A stretch of DNA of 64,000 bases, from assembly GCA_963810095.1 (NCBI GenBank), contig CAWEMM010000009.1, positions 384,001 to 448,000 of the forward strand, given 5' to 3'. The notes below the pieces were generated by a model. The model did not search any database, had not been told where the DNA came from, and saw only the letters and a list, made by a program, of their open reading frames with translations. The DNA is from an uncultured Chloroflexia bacterium (GTDB taxonomy: Bacteria; Chloroflexota; Anaerolineae; CG2-30-64-16). Positions within the stretch are counted from its first letter, which is position 1, and each line of letters begins with the position of its first letter. Below are positions 20,990-30,660 of this stretch, in pieces. Position numbers and translations under genes: made by a program.

Positions 20990-21426
20990 CGCCGGTACCT
21001 GGCCAGGATCTCGTCCAGCCCGCTGGGCGTGAGCTGTCCGTACGTATCCTCGTCGACGCGGACCACCGGCGCCAGCCCGCACGAGCCCACGCAGCGCACG
21101 CGCTTGAGCGTGAATTCGTTGTCCGCCGTCGTTTGGTCGGGGCCGATGCCGAGGCCCGCCTCGAGCCGTGCCAGCAGCTCGGCCGAGCCCCGCACGTAGC
21201 ACGCCGTGCCCTCGCACACGTGGATCTTGTGCCTGCCGCAGGGGCGGAACGTGAATGCGGCATAGAACGAGGCCGCGCTCACCATTTGGCTCAGCGGCAC
21301 GCCCAACTCGGACGCCGCGGCGCGCACCGCCTCGACGGGCAAGTAACCGTGCTGCGCCGTGATCTCGTGGAGCGCGGCCAGGACGGCGCCCGGTTCAGGT
21401 ATCTGGTAGGCCTGGCTTGGGAGCAT
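20986..21426 (-). CDS. 2Fe-2S subunit, NuoE/HoxE-like
   Basis: 'GYLP', 'VCEGTACYVRG', 'RCVGSCGLAP'. Confidence 0.92.
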   Translation of the reverse strand: MLPSQAYQIPEPGAVLAALHEITAQHGYLPVEAVRAAASELGVPLSQMVSAASFYAAFTFRPCGRHKIHVCEGTACYVRGSAELLARLEAGLGIGPDQTTADNEFTLKRVRCVGSCGLAPVVRVDEDTYGQLTPSGLDEILARYRR

Positions 21427-21443
21427 GGAAGGCCTCCTGGTGG

Positions 21444-23183
21444 CTATGGGTTCATCTCATACTGTCCGGCCAGCCCATACACGGAGCCGCGCCACACCCG
21501 GTCGAAACGCGCCGGGTTCGCGACCGGCTTGCGGACCATCTTCAGGCACAGTTCCATCTGCGCCGCGGTGCTGCTCGGCTTGCCGTAGAGCTGCACGGCG
21601 TACTTCGAAAAGTCGCGCACCATGAAATCGAAGATCTGGTCGACGGTGTCGCCGTCAATCGCGTAGAGCCTGGCGTTTTCGAGGACCAACTGGCCGTAGA
21701 CCACCAACGTGAACAGCTCGCCCAGCGCCAGCAGGAAGTCTGTGTCCTGTTGCTGCGCGTCGCTGGGTGTGGCCGTGGCCAGGAGCGTCTTGAGCGCCCG
21801 GATCTGCTCCTTGAAGACGGCTGTATTGGGGACGTCGTACAGGTCATAGGCCGGGCCGTAGTCGTGGAAACGGATTTTGCCCAGGCCGTGCGCCGGCCCC
21901 TGGTCGAACAGGAAGTCGTCGTTGCGGGGCTCGTTTACCGTCGGCACGGGCGGATACTCGGCCGGTGCGAAGAAGTAGTTCGCCATGAACTTGACGATCA
22001 GGGCGATGTTGACGTGCACCGTGCCCTCGAGCTTGGGCAGCGCCCGGATGTCGCGGGCCGCCATCTCGAAATACATGTCCCGCTCGAAGCCCTTGGCTGC
22101 GATGACGTCCCACAGCAGGTTGATAACCTCCTCCCCCTGGGTGGTCACCTTCATCTTGACGGTCGGGTTATAGAGCAGGTAGCGCCGGTCGAGGGGCGAC
22201 GCGACCCGCATATAGTCGGCGGCCCGCAGCGCAAACAGCTTCATCGCCAGCAGCCGGGCATACGCGTCGGTGAACATCTGGCGCACGTGGGGGAAGTCGG
22301 TGACTGACATGCCGTAGAGGCGCCGGCCCGCTGCATGGTTGATTGCTTCGTAGAGCGCGTGCGTGCAGATGCCGATCGAGGCCCACCCCAGGTTGTACTT
22401 CCCGATGTTCACCGTGTTCAGCGCGGCGTCCCAGGCCGCATCGCCCCGGGAGAGGATATCGGCCTCCGTTACCGGATAGTCGCGCAGGGCGAAGTTCGCA
22501 ACGTAGTTCTGGCTGTCGGTCACATTTGCGATCAGGTCGTAGCCCCGGTTGCGGTAGTCGGCTGCAAAGAAGACGTACTCGCCCGTTCCGGCCAGCTTGC
22601 CGAAGGTCGACACCATGGGCGCAGCGTTGCCGTTGCCGATGTAGTACTTCTCGCCGTTCGCCAGATAGGTTCCATCGGACTGCGGCGTCAGGCACATCTC
22701 GGTCGAGTAGACGTCCGCGCCGTGCGCTCGCTCAGAGAGGCCGAACGCGAAAACCTCGCCTTCCTTCAGCAGCCGGGCCGCCCTGCGCTTGGCGTCCTCG
22801 TTGCGGCTCTGCCAGATGGGGCCAAGGCCCAGGATCGACACCTGCCACGTATACCAGTAGGCCAGCCCGTAGAAGCCGAGGATTTCGTTGAACTCGCAGA
22901 TGCGCCAGGTGTCCCAGCGGGCGTGCGGCCCACCATAGCTCGCGGGCGTCAGCAGGTCCGCGAACAGCCCGGCGCGCTTCTGGAACTCGATGAAGTCGGC
23001 GTACCACACCCGCTTCTGGTCGTCGGCCTTGAGCCGGCGCTTGCCCTTATCTTCGAAAAACGCGATCGTCTCGCGCATGATCTCGGACGAGCGCTCGTCA
23101 GGGTAGGGCCGGGTATGCGCCTTGGGATTGAGCAGGAGCGCACCACCCGTTAATGGCGCACCATTGGTAAATGGCGTAGTCAT
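21444..23183 (-). CDS. Acyl-CoA dehydrogenase family protein
   Basis: 'AFGLSERAHGAD', 'NGEKYYIGNG', 'LPKLEGTVHVN'. Its ATG overlaps the cooS stop. Confidence 0.9.
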   Translation of the reverse strand: MTTPFTNGAPLTGGALLLNPKAHTRPYPDERSSEIMRETIAFFEDKGKRRLKADDQKRVWYADFIEFQKRAGLFADLLTPASYGGPHARWDTWRICEFNEILGFYGLAYWYTWQVSILGLGPIWQSRNEDAKRRAARLLKEGEVFAFGLSERAHGADVYSTEMCLTPQSDGTYLANGEKYYIGNGNAAPMVSTFGKLAGTGEYVFFAADYRNRGYDLIANVTDSQNYVANFALRDYPVTEADILSRGDAAWDAALNTVNIGKYNLGWASIGICTHALYEAINHAAGRRLYGMSVTDFPHVRQMFTDAYARLLAMKLFALRAADYMRVASPLDRRYLLYNPTVKMKVTTQGEEVINLLWDVIAAKGFERDMYFEMAARDIRALPKLEGTVHVNIALIVKFMANYFFAPAEYPPVPTVNEPRNDDFLFDQGPAHGLGKIRFHDYGPAYDLYDVPNTAVFKEQIRALKTLLATATPSDAQQQDTDFLLALGELFTLVVYGQLVLENARLYAIDGDTVDQIFDFMVRDFSKYAVQLYGKPSSTAAQMELCLKMVRKPVANPARFDRVWRGSVYGLAGQYEMNP

Positions 23184-25078
23184 ATCCCCAGCCCCGCCCG
23201 CCGTTCCTTGAGCGCCATAACCAGCTTCTGCGCCGCGCAGATCGGGTCCGGCTCGACGATGAAGTAGCCGCCGAGCAGGTCCTTGGCAGTCTGCGTCAGC
23301 ACTTTGACTACGAGCGGGCTGCCGGTGACCGGCGGCACCACGCCGACATGGGTCGGCAGGCCCAGGGCGACGGCCCAGGTGCCGATCGAGACGGCCTTTT
23401 CCATCGCGGCCTCGGGCGCGGTGGCCACCACGGGGAGCTGGCTCACATCCACGCCGAGCTTGTTCGCGAGCGCGGTGGCGATGGCGGCGGCCCGGGTGTT
23501 GTCCACGCACGAACCCGTGTGCAAAGTCATCGGGAGGGGCGCGCCCAGGCCCGCGGCGTTGCCCAGCGCCGTCAGCACCGCCTTCAACCCGGGGCCGGCG
23601 TATTTCTCGGTGGCAGCCGGGGTCATCAAGCCGTGGCGTGCGAAGGTGCCGGCCGCGCAGCCCGTGCAGAGGATCAGCACGTTCTCGCGGACGAGTTCCT
23701 TCACGAGCGTCACGAAGGTCTTGTCCTGCGTGATCTTCACGTCGTTGCAGCCCGCGAACAGGCACACGCCCAGGATATTGCCGTTGACGATGTTGTCGAT
23801 CAGCGGCTTCAGCGGGTCGGCCGGGTCGACCAGGGACAACACCTTCACGATGGTTTCGACGGACATGCCGGCGAGCGCGTCGTTGGTGACGGGCGGGATA
23901 TTGATTTTGTTTGGATCCCGACGACCGTATGCCTCGATGGCGAGCCGCAGGATGTCTTGCGCCCGTTCGCCGGCGTGCGCCTCGTCGAACTCGACGTGCG
24001 TCGCGCCGGGGATCTTCGCAATGGACATGGTGGTGACGATCGCCGTGTGATAGCGCTTCGCGACCTCGGGCAGGCTGGGCATGATGCACTGGTAGTCGAC
24101 GACGGCCGCGTCGAGCGCGCCCGTCACGATGGCCAACTCTTGCGAGAGCGAGTTCGTCGCGCTCGGAATGCCGTGGCGCATCATCACCTCGTTGCCCGTA
24201 CAGCAGATGCCGACGATGTTGAATCCTTCGGGCGCGCCTGCCGCGACGGCCGCGTCCTTCATTCGGGCGGCTTCGGCGACGATGATTTCGCTGAGCACGG
24301 GGTTGTGGCCGTGCACGGCAACGTTGACCGCGTCCGCTTTCAGGCAGCCGAGATTAGCGCGGGCCATGACGGGCGCCGGCGTGCCGAAGAGGATGTCTGA
24401 CAGATCGGTGGCCAGGTACATGCCCGTGTAGTCGCCGACCGCGCACTTGATCGCGCCGAGCAGGATATTTACCGGGTCGGCGTCGACGCCGTTGGTTGTC
24501 CGGTGCATGACCTCGGCGACGGCCGAATCGAGGCCGGGCGGAACCAGCCCGAACTGCTCCAGCTTTGCAAAGCGCTGGGCGGTGACCGTGGTTTTGAGCC
24601 AGACTGGGGGCGTCTCGCGTTCGGAGAACTCGTCGAGCGCCAGCCGGGCTAACTCGCCGGCGAGGGCTTGATCGCTCTTGCCGTCCCTGGCAATGCCGAC
24701 TCGGGCGAGCACGGCGGCGAACTTGTCTTGGTCTTTGATGCCGTAGTCGGGCGCTTCCCCCCGGCTCCACTTGAGCAGGGTGTGCGCCAGGTGCTTGGCG
24801 TGGGCCGAGTGGGACGATGTGCCGCCGGCAATGCTCCGGGCCAGGCCGCGGGCGACGATGGTGTCGGCGTTCGCGCCGCAGATGCCGAGCTGAGGGCCGG
24901 TCGTGCCGAACGGGTCGATGCGACACGGCCCTTGCAGGCAGTGGCGGCAGCAGAGCCCTGTCTCACCGAAGCCGCACTGGGGCAACTGCGCCTCGTAGCG
25001 ATCCCAGGCCAAGTTGATTCCCGCCGATTGCGCGGACTTGAGCATGAGGATGGAATCGGGACTGATCGAGCGTTCCAT
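23180..25078 (-). CDS. cooS: Anaerobic Ni-containing carbon monoxide dehydrogenase catalytic subunit
   Basis: D/B-cluster 'CGFGETGLCCRHCLQGPC..CGA'. C-cluster ligand motifs HGHNP, GICCTG, DYQC, AGCN, TGCA, GSCVDN, plus 'EKA' lysine. Confidence 0.96.
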   Translation of the reverse strand: MERSISPDSILMLKSAQSAGINLAWDRYEAQLPQCGFGETGLCCRHCLQGPCRIDPFGTTGPQLGICGANADTIVARGLARSIAGGTSSHSAHAKHLAHTLLKWSRGEAPDYGIKDQDKFAAVLARVGIARDGKSDQALAGELARLALDEFSERETPPVWLKTTVTAQRFAKLEQFGLVPPGLDSAVAEVMHRTTNGVDADPVNILLGAIKCAVGDYTGMYLATDLSDILFGTPAPVMARANLGCLKADAVNVAVHGHNPVLSEIIVAEAARMKDAAVAAGAPEGFNIVGICCTGNEVMMRHGIPSATNSLSQELAIVTGALDAAVVDYQCIMPSLPEVAKRYHTAIVTTMSIAKIPGATHVEFDEAHAGERAQDILRLAIEAYGRRDPNKINIPPVTNDALAGMSVETIVKVLSLVDPADPLKPLIDNIVNGNILGVCLFAGCNDVKITQDKTFVTLVKELVRENVLILCTGCAAGTFARHGLMTPAATEKYAGPGLKAVLTALGNAAGLGAPLPMTLHTGSCVDNTRAAAIATALANKLGVDVSQLPVVATAPEAAMEKAVSIGTWAVALGLPTHVGVVPPVTGSPLVVKVLTQTAKDLLGGYFIVEPDPICAAQKLVMALKERRAGLGI

Positions 25079-25092
25079 TCGTTTGCCTCCGG

Positions 25093-25671
25093 TCAGCTAT
25101 TCTCTTGGGCGCTGAGAAGCACATCCTCGCGCACCTGCCGCGCCGACGCCAGCACCTCACCGGCGCGCTCGCGCGACGCCCGTGCAAAGTCGTCGCCTTC
25201 CTGGAAGAGGAGAGCGCCCGTGGGGCACGCCGACACGCAGGCCGGCACGGGGCGATCGGGACACAGGTCGCACTTGACGGCCATGACCCGGGAGCCGGCC
25301 GGCGCATTGGCATCGGTGACCGCGGCCCGGCCGATCATGCCGAACGGGCAGGTCATCACGCACATGCCGCACGCGATACACGCGTGCTTGCCGCCGGCAT
25401 TGGTGACTTCGTCGCGCGGGCCGCGATGCATCACTTGCGGAATGCACGCGGCGATGCACGGCGCGGGATCACAGTGGCGGCAGGTCATGGGTAGCTTGGT
25501 GACTTCGAAGGGGGCAGCGGCGACGGCGTGGACGTAAATGCGGGTGTGCGGCGGGGGCGACTCAATCATGGCCCCCAGGAGGTTTTGGCTGCTGGAGTGC
25601 GCGACAGCGCAAGCCAGCTCGCAGGTTTTGCAGCCTGTGCAAAGCTCAGGACGGACGAAGAGTTTCTTCAT
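25093..25671 (-). CDS. cooF: CooF-like 4x[4Fe-4S] electron transfer protein
   Basis: 'CTGCKTCELAC', 'CRHCDPAPCIAAC', 'CIACGMCVMTCP', 'KCDLC..PACVSACP'. Lies directly upstream of cooS. Confidence 0.88.
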   Translation of the reverse strand: MKKLFVRPELCTGCKTCELACAVAHSSSQNLLGAMIESPPPHTRIYVHAVAAAPFEVTKLPMTCRHCDPAPCIAACIPQVMHRGPRDEVTNAGGKHACIACGMCVMTCPFGMIGRAAVTDANAPAGSRVMAVKCDLCPDRPVPACVSACPTGALLFQEGDDFARASRERAGEVLASARQVREDVLLSAQENS

Positions 25672-25789
25672 TGACAACCCTCCTGTGAACGCGGTGCGGG
25701 CTTCGTTGGCGAAGCGCGCACGATAGAGGCGGAGGACGCCGGTCGGAGGAATGGTTCACAGCACAGTCAGTGTGCGATTGTCTGGCAGG

Positions 25790-25818
25790 AGTATACTGCA
25801 GGTTTTTAGAGCGGGCAA
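25790..25818 (-). promoter_or_regulatory. Sigma70-type promoter of the coo operon
   Basis: TTGCCC-17 bp-TATACT on the minus strand. Confidence 0.5.
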
Positions 25819-25870
25819 AGGCGCGTTGATAGGCAGAGGTGATGACGGTGCGGGCCGCGCCCGTCACGCA

Positions 25871-26177
25871 TCAAGCATAGCCGGTCACCTCGTAATGCAG
25901 GACCCCCGGCTCGAACTCCAGCAGGTAGCCGGCATCCTCGGGATAGTACTTCGCGGCGGAAGGATCGTCACCCGCAAAGGCCCGGATCGACGCCAGGTTC
26001 TCCCAGAATGTGAGCGTGACGAAGTGCGTGACGTCTCCCTCCTCCCGCTCCAGAATGTAGGCGTTCATGTTCCCGGGGATGGACCGGTAGTCGGGGAGCG
26101 CCCACTGGATGAGGAATTGGCGGTACTCGGCCGCCTTCGCCTTCGCGAACGCGCCCATGCCACATGCGCATGATCAT
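25871..26177 (-). CDS. Antibiotic biosynthesis monooxygenase-like protein (frameshift near start)
   Basis: 'MIMRMWHG' joined to 'AEYRQFL..DYRSIPGN..TFWENLASIRAFAG..AKYYPED'. Confidence 0.75.
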
Positions 26178-26300
26178 CTTAACCTCCCCCGGCCCGTATC
26201 GAAGGCTTGCGCTGCCGCCGGCCTTCGGGTTGTCGCTTTCCCCTAGACCACTATACTACGGACGGCGCGTCGAAGTCCACTCGGGTTTACCTGTTCCCGG

Positions 26301-27153
26301 TCACGCGCGCTCCGCGACAAATGCCACGCCCAGCATCCCCGTGCCGGTGTGCACTGACAGCCCCGCGGTGAGGCCGGTGAAGATGATCTCAGGGCAGGGC
26401 AAGGTCGCGCTCAGCGTCTCGGCAAACGCCTTCGCCTCGTCCAGGGCGTCGACGTGCACGACCGCCAGCCGCTCGATGCGGCGCTCGCCGAGCGTGCTCT
26501 TGGTCAGTTCCACCACTCGGGCCAGCGCCTTGCTGCGGGTGCGCACCTTTTCCAGCAGGTCGAGCTTGCCGTCGCGCAGCGTCAGCACCGGCTTGACCCC
26601 GAGCAAGTTGCCCATGCCCGCGGCCAGGTAACCCACCCGGCCGCTCATGGCGAGATACTTGAGCGTGGCGAGCGCCCCGTACACGTACGCCCGCTGCCCC
26701 ACGTCGCGCGCCGCTCCGACAACCTGCTCGACCGTCGCGCCCGCCTGCGCGGCCTCAGCTGCGGCGAGGCACATGAAACCCTGCGCCATCGTCACGCTCT
26801 GCGTGTCCAGCACCACGATCTGGCATTCGGGCAGCAGATCGCGCGCAGCCAGCGCCGCGTTGAAGGTCGCGCTCGATGGCCGAGCTGACGCAAAGGCACA
26901 CGATCGCATCCGCGCCCCCGGCAATGGCGTCCTGGAACGCCTGGAGGAACTGCCCAACGCTGGGGGCCGATGTGGTGGGCAGCTTGCCCTCCCGGTCGAC
27001 CCGCGCGAACAGTTCGGCGTCGCTGATGTCGACCTCGGTGAGGAAGCTCTCCTGTCCGAAGAGGACGCTGATCGGCACCTGCCGGATGCCGTATTGGGCG
27101 GCCAGGCCAGCGGGAAGGCTAGCGTCGGTATCCGTCACGATGGCGATCTTCAT
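26301..27153 (-). CDS. DegV family fatty acid-binding protein (frameshift near 26870)
   Basis: 'KIAIVTDTDASL', 'PTTSAPS', 'LKYLAMSGR', 'VHTG'. Confidence 0.88.
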
Positions 27154-27377
27154 AATTCCTCCAGGCCCGATGAAAAACACGAGTGGGCGCAGTCCCCGAT
27201 TGAGAAGCATGGGAACGCTGCTCGTGGATAGATTGTATCATACCTCCGGGCAAAGGCAGCGCGCGGGCTCGTGGTGGGCGCCGCCCACGCGCCTCGTCGC
27301 TGCTAATGGAAGTGGCACAGCGGGGGAAAACAAAAAAACCCCACCGTAAAGGTGAGGTTACGGGCTTACGCCCAGAA

Positions 27378-27450
27378 CGGGGACGACGGGGCTCGAACCC
27401 GCGATCTTCGGCTTGACAGGCCGACATGTTGACCACTACACTACGTCCCC
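27378..27450 (-). tRNA. tRNA-Asp (GTC), CCA not encoded
   Basis: GGGGACG/CGTCCCC acceptor stem, TCGGC-CTGTCAA-GCCGA anticodon arm, GGTTCGAGCCC T-arm. Confidence 0.96.
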
Positions 27451-27557
27451 AGTTGTCTGACCGCTCACGTCTTTGTGACCGCCGACACTCTGTTTATATC
27501 ATACCCCCATTTAACCGTCAAATTACGCACCCGGTTCTCTTGTCAGGGGAGTGTTCA

Positions 27558-28469
27558 TTGCTTGCAACCTATGCCGGCGAACTCGCCGCGCTCGCCGCGG
27601 CGACGCTGTGGGTCTTCTCTTCGCTCTTCTTCACCATCGGCGGCCGGCGGGTCGGCGCGTTTGCCGTCAACCGGATGCGCCTGGTCTTTGCCGTCCTGCT
27701 GGTCGGGACCGCGCACTGGCTGATCTACGGGCAGCCCTTCCCCACCGGTGCACCGCCGTACCGGGTCTTCTGGCTCGGTCTGTCCGCGATCGTGGGGCTG
27801 GTCATCGGCGACACCCTGCTGTTCCAGTGCTACGTGCTGGTGGGCACGCGCATCGGGGTGCTCATGTTCGTCCTCGGACCGCCGTTCGGCGCGCTGCTCA
27901 GCTGGCTTTTCCTTGGCGAGAGCATGGCGCCAATTGAGTTGGTCGCGATGGCGTTGGTCCTCGGCGGCGTGCTGTGGGTCGTGCTCGAGCGGCAGGCAGG
28001 CATGAGCGAAACGCCGGCCGCCCGCCGGAACTACGCGCTGGGCATCCTCTTCGGCGTCCTGGCTCAACTGTGCCAACAGGCTAACCTGGTCATGTCCAAG
28101 CAGGGGCTCGCGGGCGGTTATCCCGCCCTCTCAGGCGTGATGATCCGCATGGTCACCGGCATGATTGCGATCTGGCTGCTCGCCATCGTCCAGCGCGAGG
28201 CGCTGCACACCATTCGCCAGGTCCGCGCGGACGGTCGGGCGGCCGGGGCCATCTTCGGGGGCGCGTTCTCCGGTCCGTTCCTCGGCGTATGGATGTCGAT
28301 GATCGCGGTGCAGTCCTCGCGCATCGGCGTCGCCTCCACCCTGATGGCACTGACGCCGGTGATATCCTTGCCGGTGGTTCACTTCGTGTTGAAGGAGCGC
28401 ATCTCGCCTCGCGCCATCTTTGGAACGCTGGTGGCCATGTCAGGCGTGGCGCTGATGGTACTGCACTAG
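27558..28469 (+). CDS. DMT/EamA family transporter
   Basis: About 10 TM helices, 'GELAALAAA..W', 'GLVIGD', 'LKERIS'. Confidence 0.9.
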   Translation: MLATYAGELAALAAATLWVFSSLFFTIGGRRVGAFAVNRMRLVFAVLLVGTAHWLIYGQPFPTGAPPYRVFWLGLSAIVGLVIGDTLLFQCYVLVGTRIGVLMFVLGPPFGALLSWLFLGESMAPIELVAMALVLGGVLWVVLERQAGMSETPAARRNYALGILFGVLAQLCQQANLVMSKQGLAGGYPALSGVMIRMVTGMIAIWLLAIVQREALHTIRQVRADGRAAGAIFGGAFSGPFLGVWMSMIAVQSSRIGVASTLMALTPVISLPVVHFVLKERISPRAIFGTLVAMSGVALMVLH

Positions 28470-28574
28470 GGCACGCGCTTCCCGCTTCAGGACGAATTGC
28501 CCATTGATTCCCGTGCCAAAATGCACTATGATCTTGGCTGAGGGGAATTGGACCCCAACGAGAGGAAGTGCAGT

Positions 28575-29726
28575 ATGACCGCGCCAGACAAGCCGACCTT
28601 CTCGGACCTCCTCAACATCGCCCTTGATGCACTGAAGATGTGGCCGCCGGACTACGTCCGGTCGATCCTCGGACCGGTGAGCACGTGGCTCCCGCCGCAG
28701 AATCCGTATTCCGAGTTCACCGTGCTCGATCCCTGGCGCCTGCGTCGGGCGCTCAAGTACCTCGTCGACGTGACCGTGCCCTCATTCTCGGGCGCGCCAC
28801 CGCCGTTCCTCGCCACTCTCATGCCGCCCTTCCTCGAAGACCTGTTCTTCGTGCAAACCGAGGTCCTGCATCGCCCGGACTACTATGCCGACTACACGAG
28901 CTTCCCGCGCGAGAAGTGGTTCTTCATCAACGGCATCCTGACGAACGGCGACGTGGCACAACTCAACGCGGCTTGCATCTCCTGGCTGTTCCACCGGCCG
29001 GTCACCTTGATCCAGAACGCGACCGACGGCGCAGTGCGCGACCTGTACGAATGTGCACTCGGCAAGGAGTGGTACCGGGATACCTCAAACACCGAGGCGG
29101 CGCGGATTGCGTTTCCGGCCATCTACGATGCCCTGACCGACCCGTCCAAGGACAAGGTAGTCGTCATCTGCCATTCGCAGGGCACCATCATCATGGCGGT
29201 TGTGCTGGCCGCGCTCGAGATGCTGCACCGCGCCGGGGACGGATCCCGCGGGCTGGACGAGGGCGCGCCCCTGCCGATTCCGCTGGACGAGGCGGACCTG
29301 GATTTGGGCGACTTTGCTGCACTGACCCCCGAGCAGTGGGAGAAGCTAGAGGTCTACTTCTTCGCGACGTGCGCGAACGAAATCCGTCATCATGCCTGCG
29401 TGGCCGGGCCGCGCCCAGTGCCGTGGCTCGAGCATTTCGGCAACGAGCGCGATCTCGTCGCTCGGCTGGGCATGTTCGCGCCCGAGGCTGACAAGTGCGG
29501 CGTCCACATTGAAGGGGCAACTTATATTCGCCGCAGCGCCTGGGGCCACCTGCTGAACATCGACTACCTGCTGCCGATTGCCGCGGAGCAGAAGCGAGGG
29601 CGGCGACGCGGCGGCCGGTGCGATTCCGAGCCCTTCAGCCTCGTCGAGGCAGAGCCGTACGGGTACACGGACATGCCGCGCCTCTTCGATTACATCAACG
29701 GGGGCTCACCGCCCGACTGGCCGTAG
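28575..29726 (+). CDS. Hypothetical alpha/beta hydrolase-like protein
   Basis: 'WFFINGI', nucleophile elbow 'CHSQG', 'NERDLV', 'GHLLN'. Confidence 0.7.
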   Translation: MTAPDKPTFSDLLNIALDALKMWPPDYVRSILGPVSTWLPPQNPYSEFTVLDPWRLRRALKYLVDVTVPSFSGAPPPFLATLMPPFLEDLFFVQTEVLHRPDYYADYTSFPREKWFFINGILTNGDVAQLNAACISWLFHRPVTLIQNATDGAVRDLYECALGKEWYRDTSNTEAARIAFPAIYDALTDPSKDKVVVICHSQGTIIMAVVLAALEMLHRAGDGSRGLDEGAPLPIPLDEADLDLGDFAALTPEQWEKLEVYFFATCANEIRHHACVAGPRPVPWLEHFGNERDLVARLGMFAPEADKCGVHIEGATYIRRSAWGHLLNIDYLLPIAAEQKRGRRRGGRCDSEPFSLVEAEPYGYTDMPRLFDYINGGSPPDWP

Positions 29727-29755
29727 CGCGCTACGACCCTGCGGCGCGGTGACTC

Positions 29756-30043
29756 CTACAGCATTTCGATCGTGTAGTCGACCAGCTCTGCGTCCAGCCG
29801 CCAGGCTTCTATCGCCTCGGCGACCCGCTGCAGCAGGCCGTGCACGTAGTCGGCGCTGACGGAGACGGCGGCGACGCCAATGACCATGTGGCCGAGTTGG
29901 TCCATGTCCTCCACTTCGGCGACCGAGACGTTGAACTCCTTGCGAATGCGGGCGATGATGGGCTTGATGTTGCCCCGTTTCTCCTTGAGCGAGCCCACGC
30001 CGGGGATGTAGATCTCGAGGGTGAGCAAACCGACCGAGGCCAT
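29756..30043 (-). CDS. DUF503 (YlxP-like) protein
   Basis: 'SLKEKR..KEFNVSVAEV..D'. Confidence 0.9.
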   Translation of the reverse strand: MASVGLLTLEIYIPGVGSLKEKRGNIKPIIARIRKEFNVSVAEVEDMDQLGHMVIGVAAVSVSADYVHGLLQRVAEAIEAWRLDAELVDYTIEML

Positions 30044-30044
30044 G

Positions 30045-30557
30045 TCAGGCGGGGCCGGCTGCTGCCGCAGCGTCTGTTGCAGGGCCCGTGGCCGGCGGGG
30101 CCGCGAGATGGGCGCGCGCCCGAGCGGCAAATTCCTTCTCTGAGCCGTAAGTCAAGACGCGCTCGGCCTCGTCCAGGCCCGATACCCACCTCGGATTGAA
30201 GCGGGCTTCGTCCGCGCTCTGGAAGTTTGGCTCGCTGCGATGCGCGTCGGCCAGGCGCATGAGGTAGTAGCGCTCGGTGCGGCGCACGTGCTCGCCCTCG
30301 GCGTCGAGGTGCTTGTCGAACTCGGTGACGGTTGTGCCCAGGTCGGCCAGCACGTGCAGGCTGCAGTAGCCCGACTCTTCGCACGTCTCGCGCAGCGCGG
30401 CCTGTTCGTCCGTTTCGCCCGGTTCGACGTGGCCCTTGGGCAGGCGCACTTCGTGGACGATCTGGCCGTCGCGCTCCACCCAGCGCTCGATGAGCAGCAC
30501 CCGGCCCCCATCGTCCATCACCACCCCGCCCGCCGCGGTATATTCCCGTCGCCGCAT
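30045..30557 (-). CDS. NUDIX hydrolase
   Basis: Nudix box 'PKGHVEPGETDEQAALRETCEESG'. Confidence 0.92.
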   Translation of the reverse strand: MRRREYTAAGGVVMDDGGRVLLIERWVERDGQIVHEVRLPKGHVEPGETDEQAALRETCEESGYCSLHVLADLGTTVTEFDKHLDAEGEHVRRTERYYLMRLADAHRSEPNFQSADEARFNPRWVSGLDEAERVLTYGSEKEFAARARAHLAAPPATGPATDAAAAAGPA

Positions 30558-30570
30558 AGAGATCTCCCTG

Positions 30571-30660
30571 CCACGCATTACACGAATGGTGCGAATTCAA
30601 CCAATTCCGGAGCCCGCCGGGGCAATCCGTTCAATTCGTGCCATTCGTCGCCGCTTCGTC
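30571..30660. repeat. Periodic imperfect palindrome (CACGAAT/ATTCGTG units)
   Basis: 'cacgcatta cacgaatgg tgcgaattc' ... 'caattcgtg ccattcgt'. Confidence 0.55.

Noticed and set aside
23184-24089. 881-aa ORF suggesting a long N-terminal extension on the acyl-CoA dehydrogenase
   Set aside because: The extension is an alternative frame within cooS. The real start is the ATG at 23183 overlapping the cooS stop.
27300-27450. tRNA-Asp as the integration site of a genomic island
   Set aside because: No integrase and no duplicated tRNA 3' end seen in the window.
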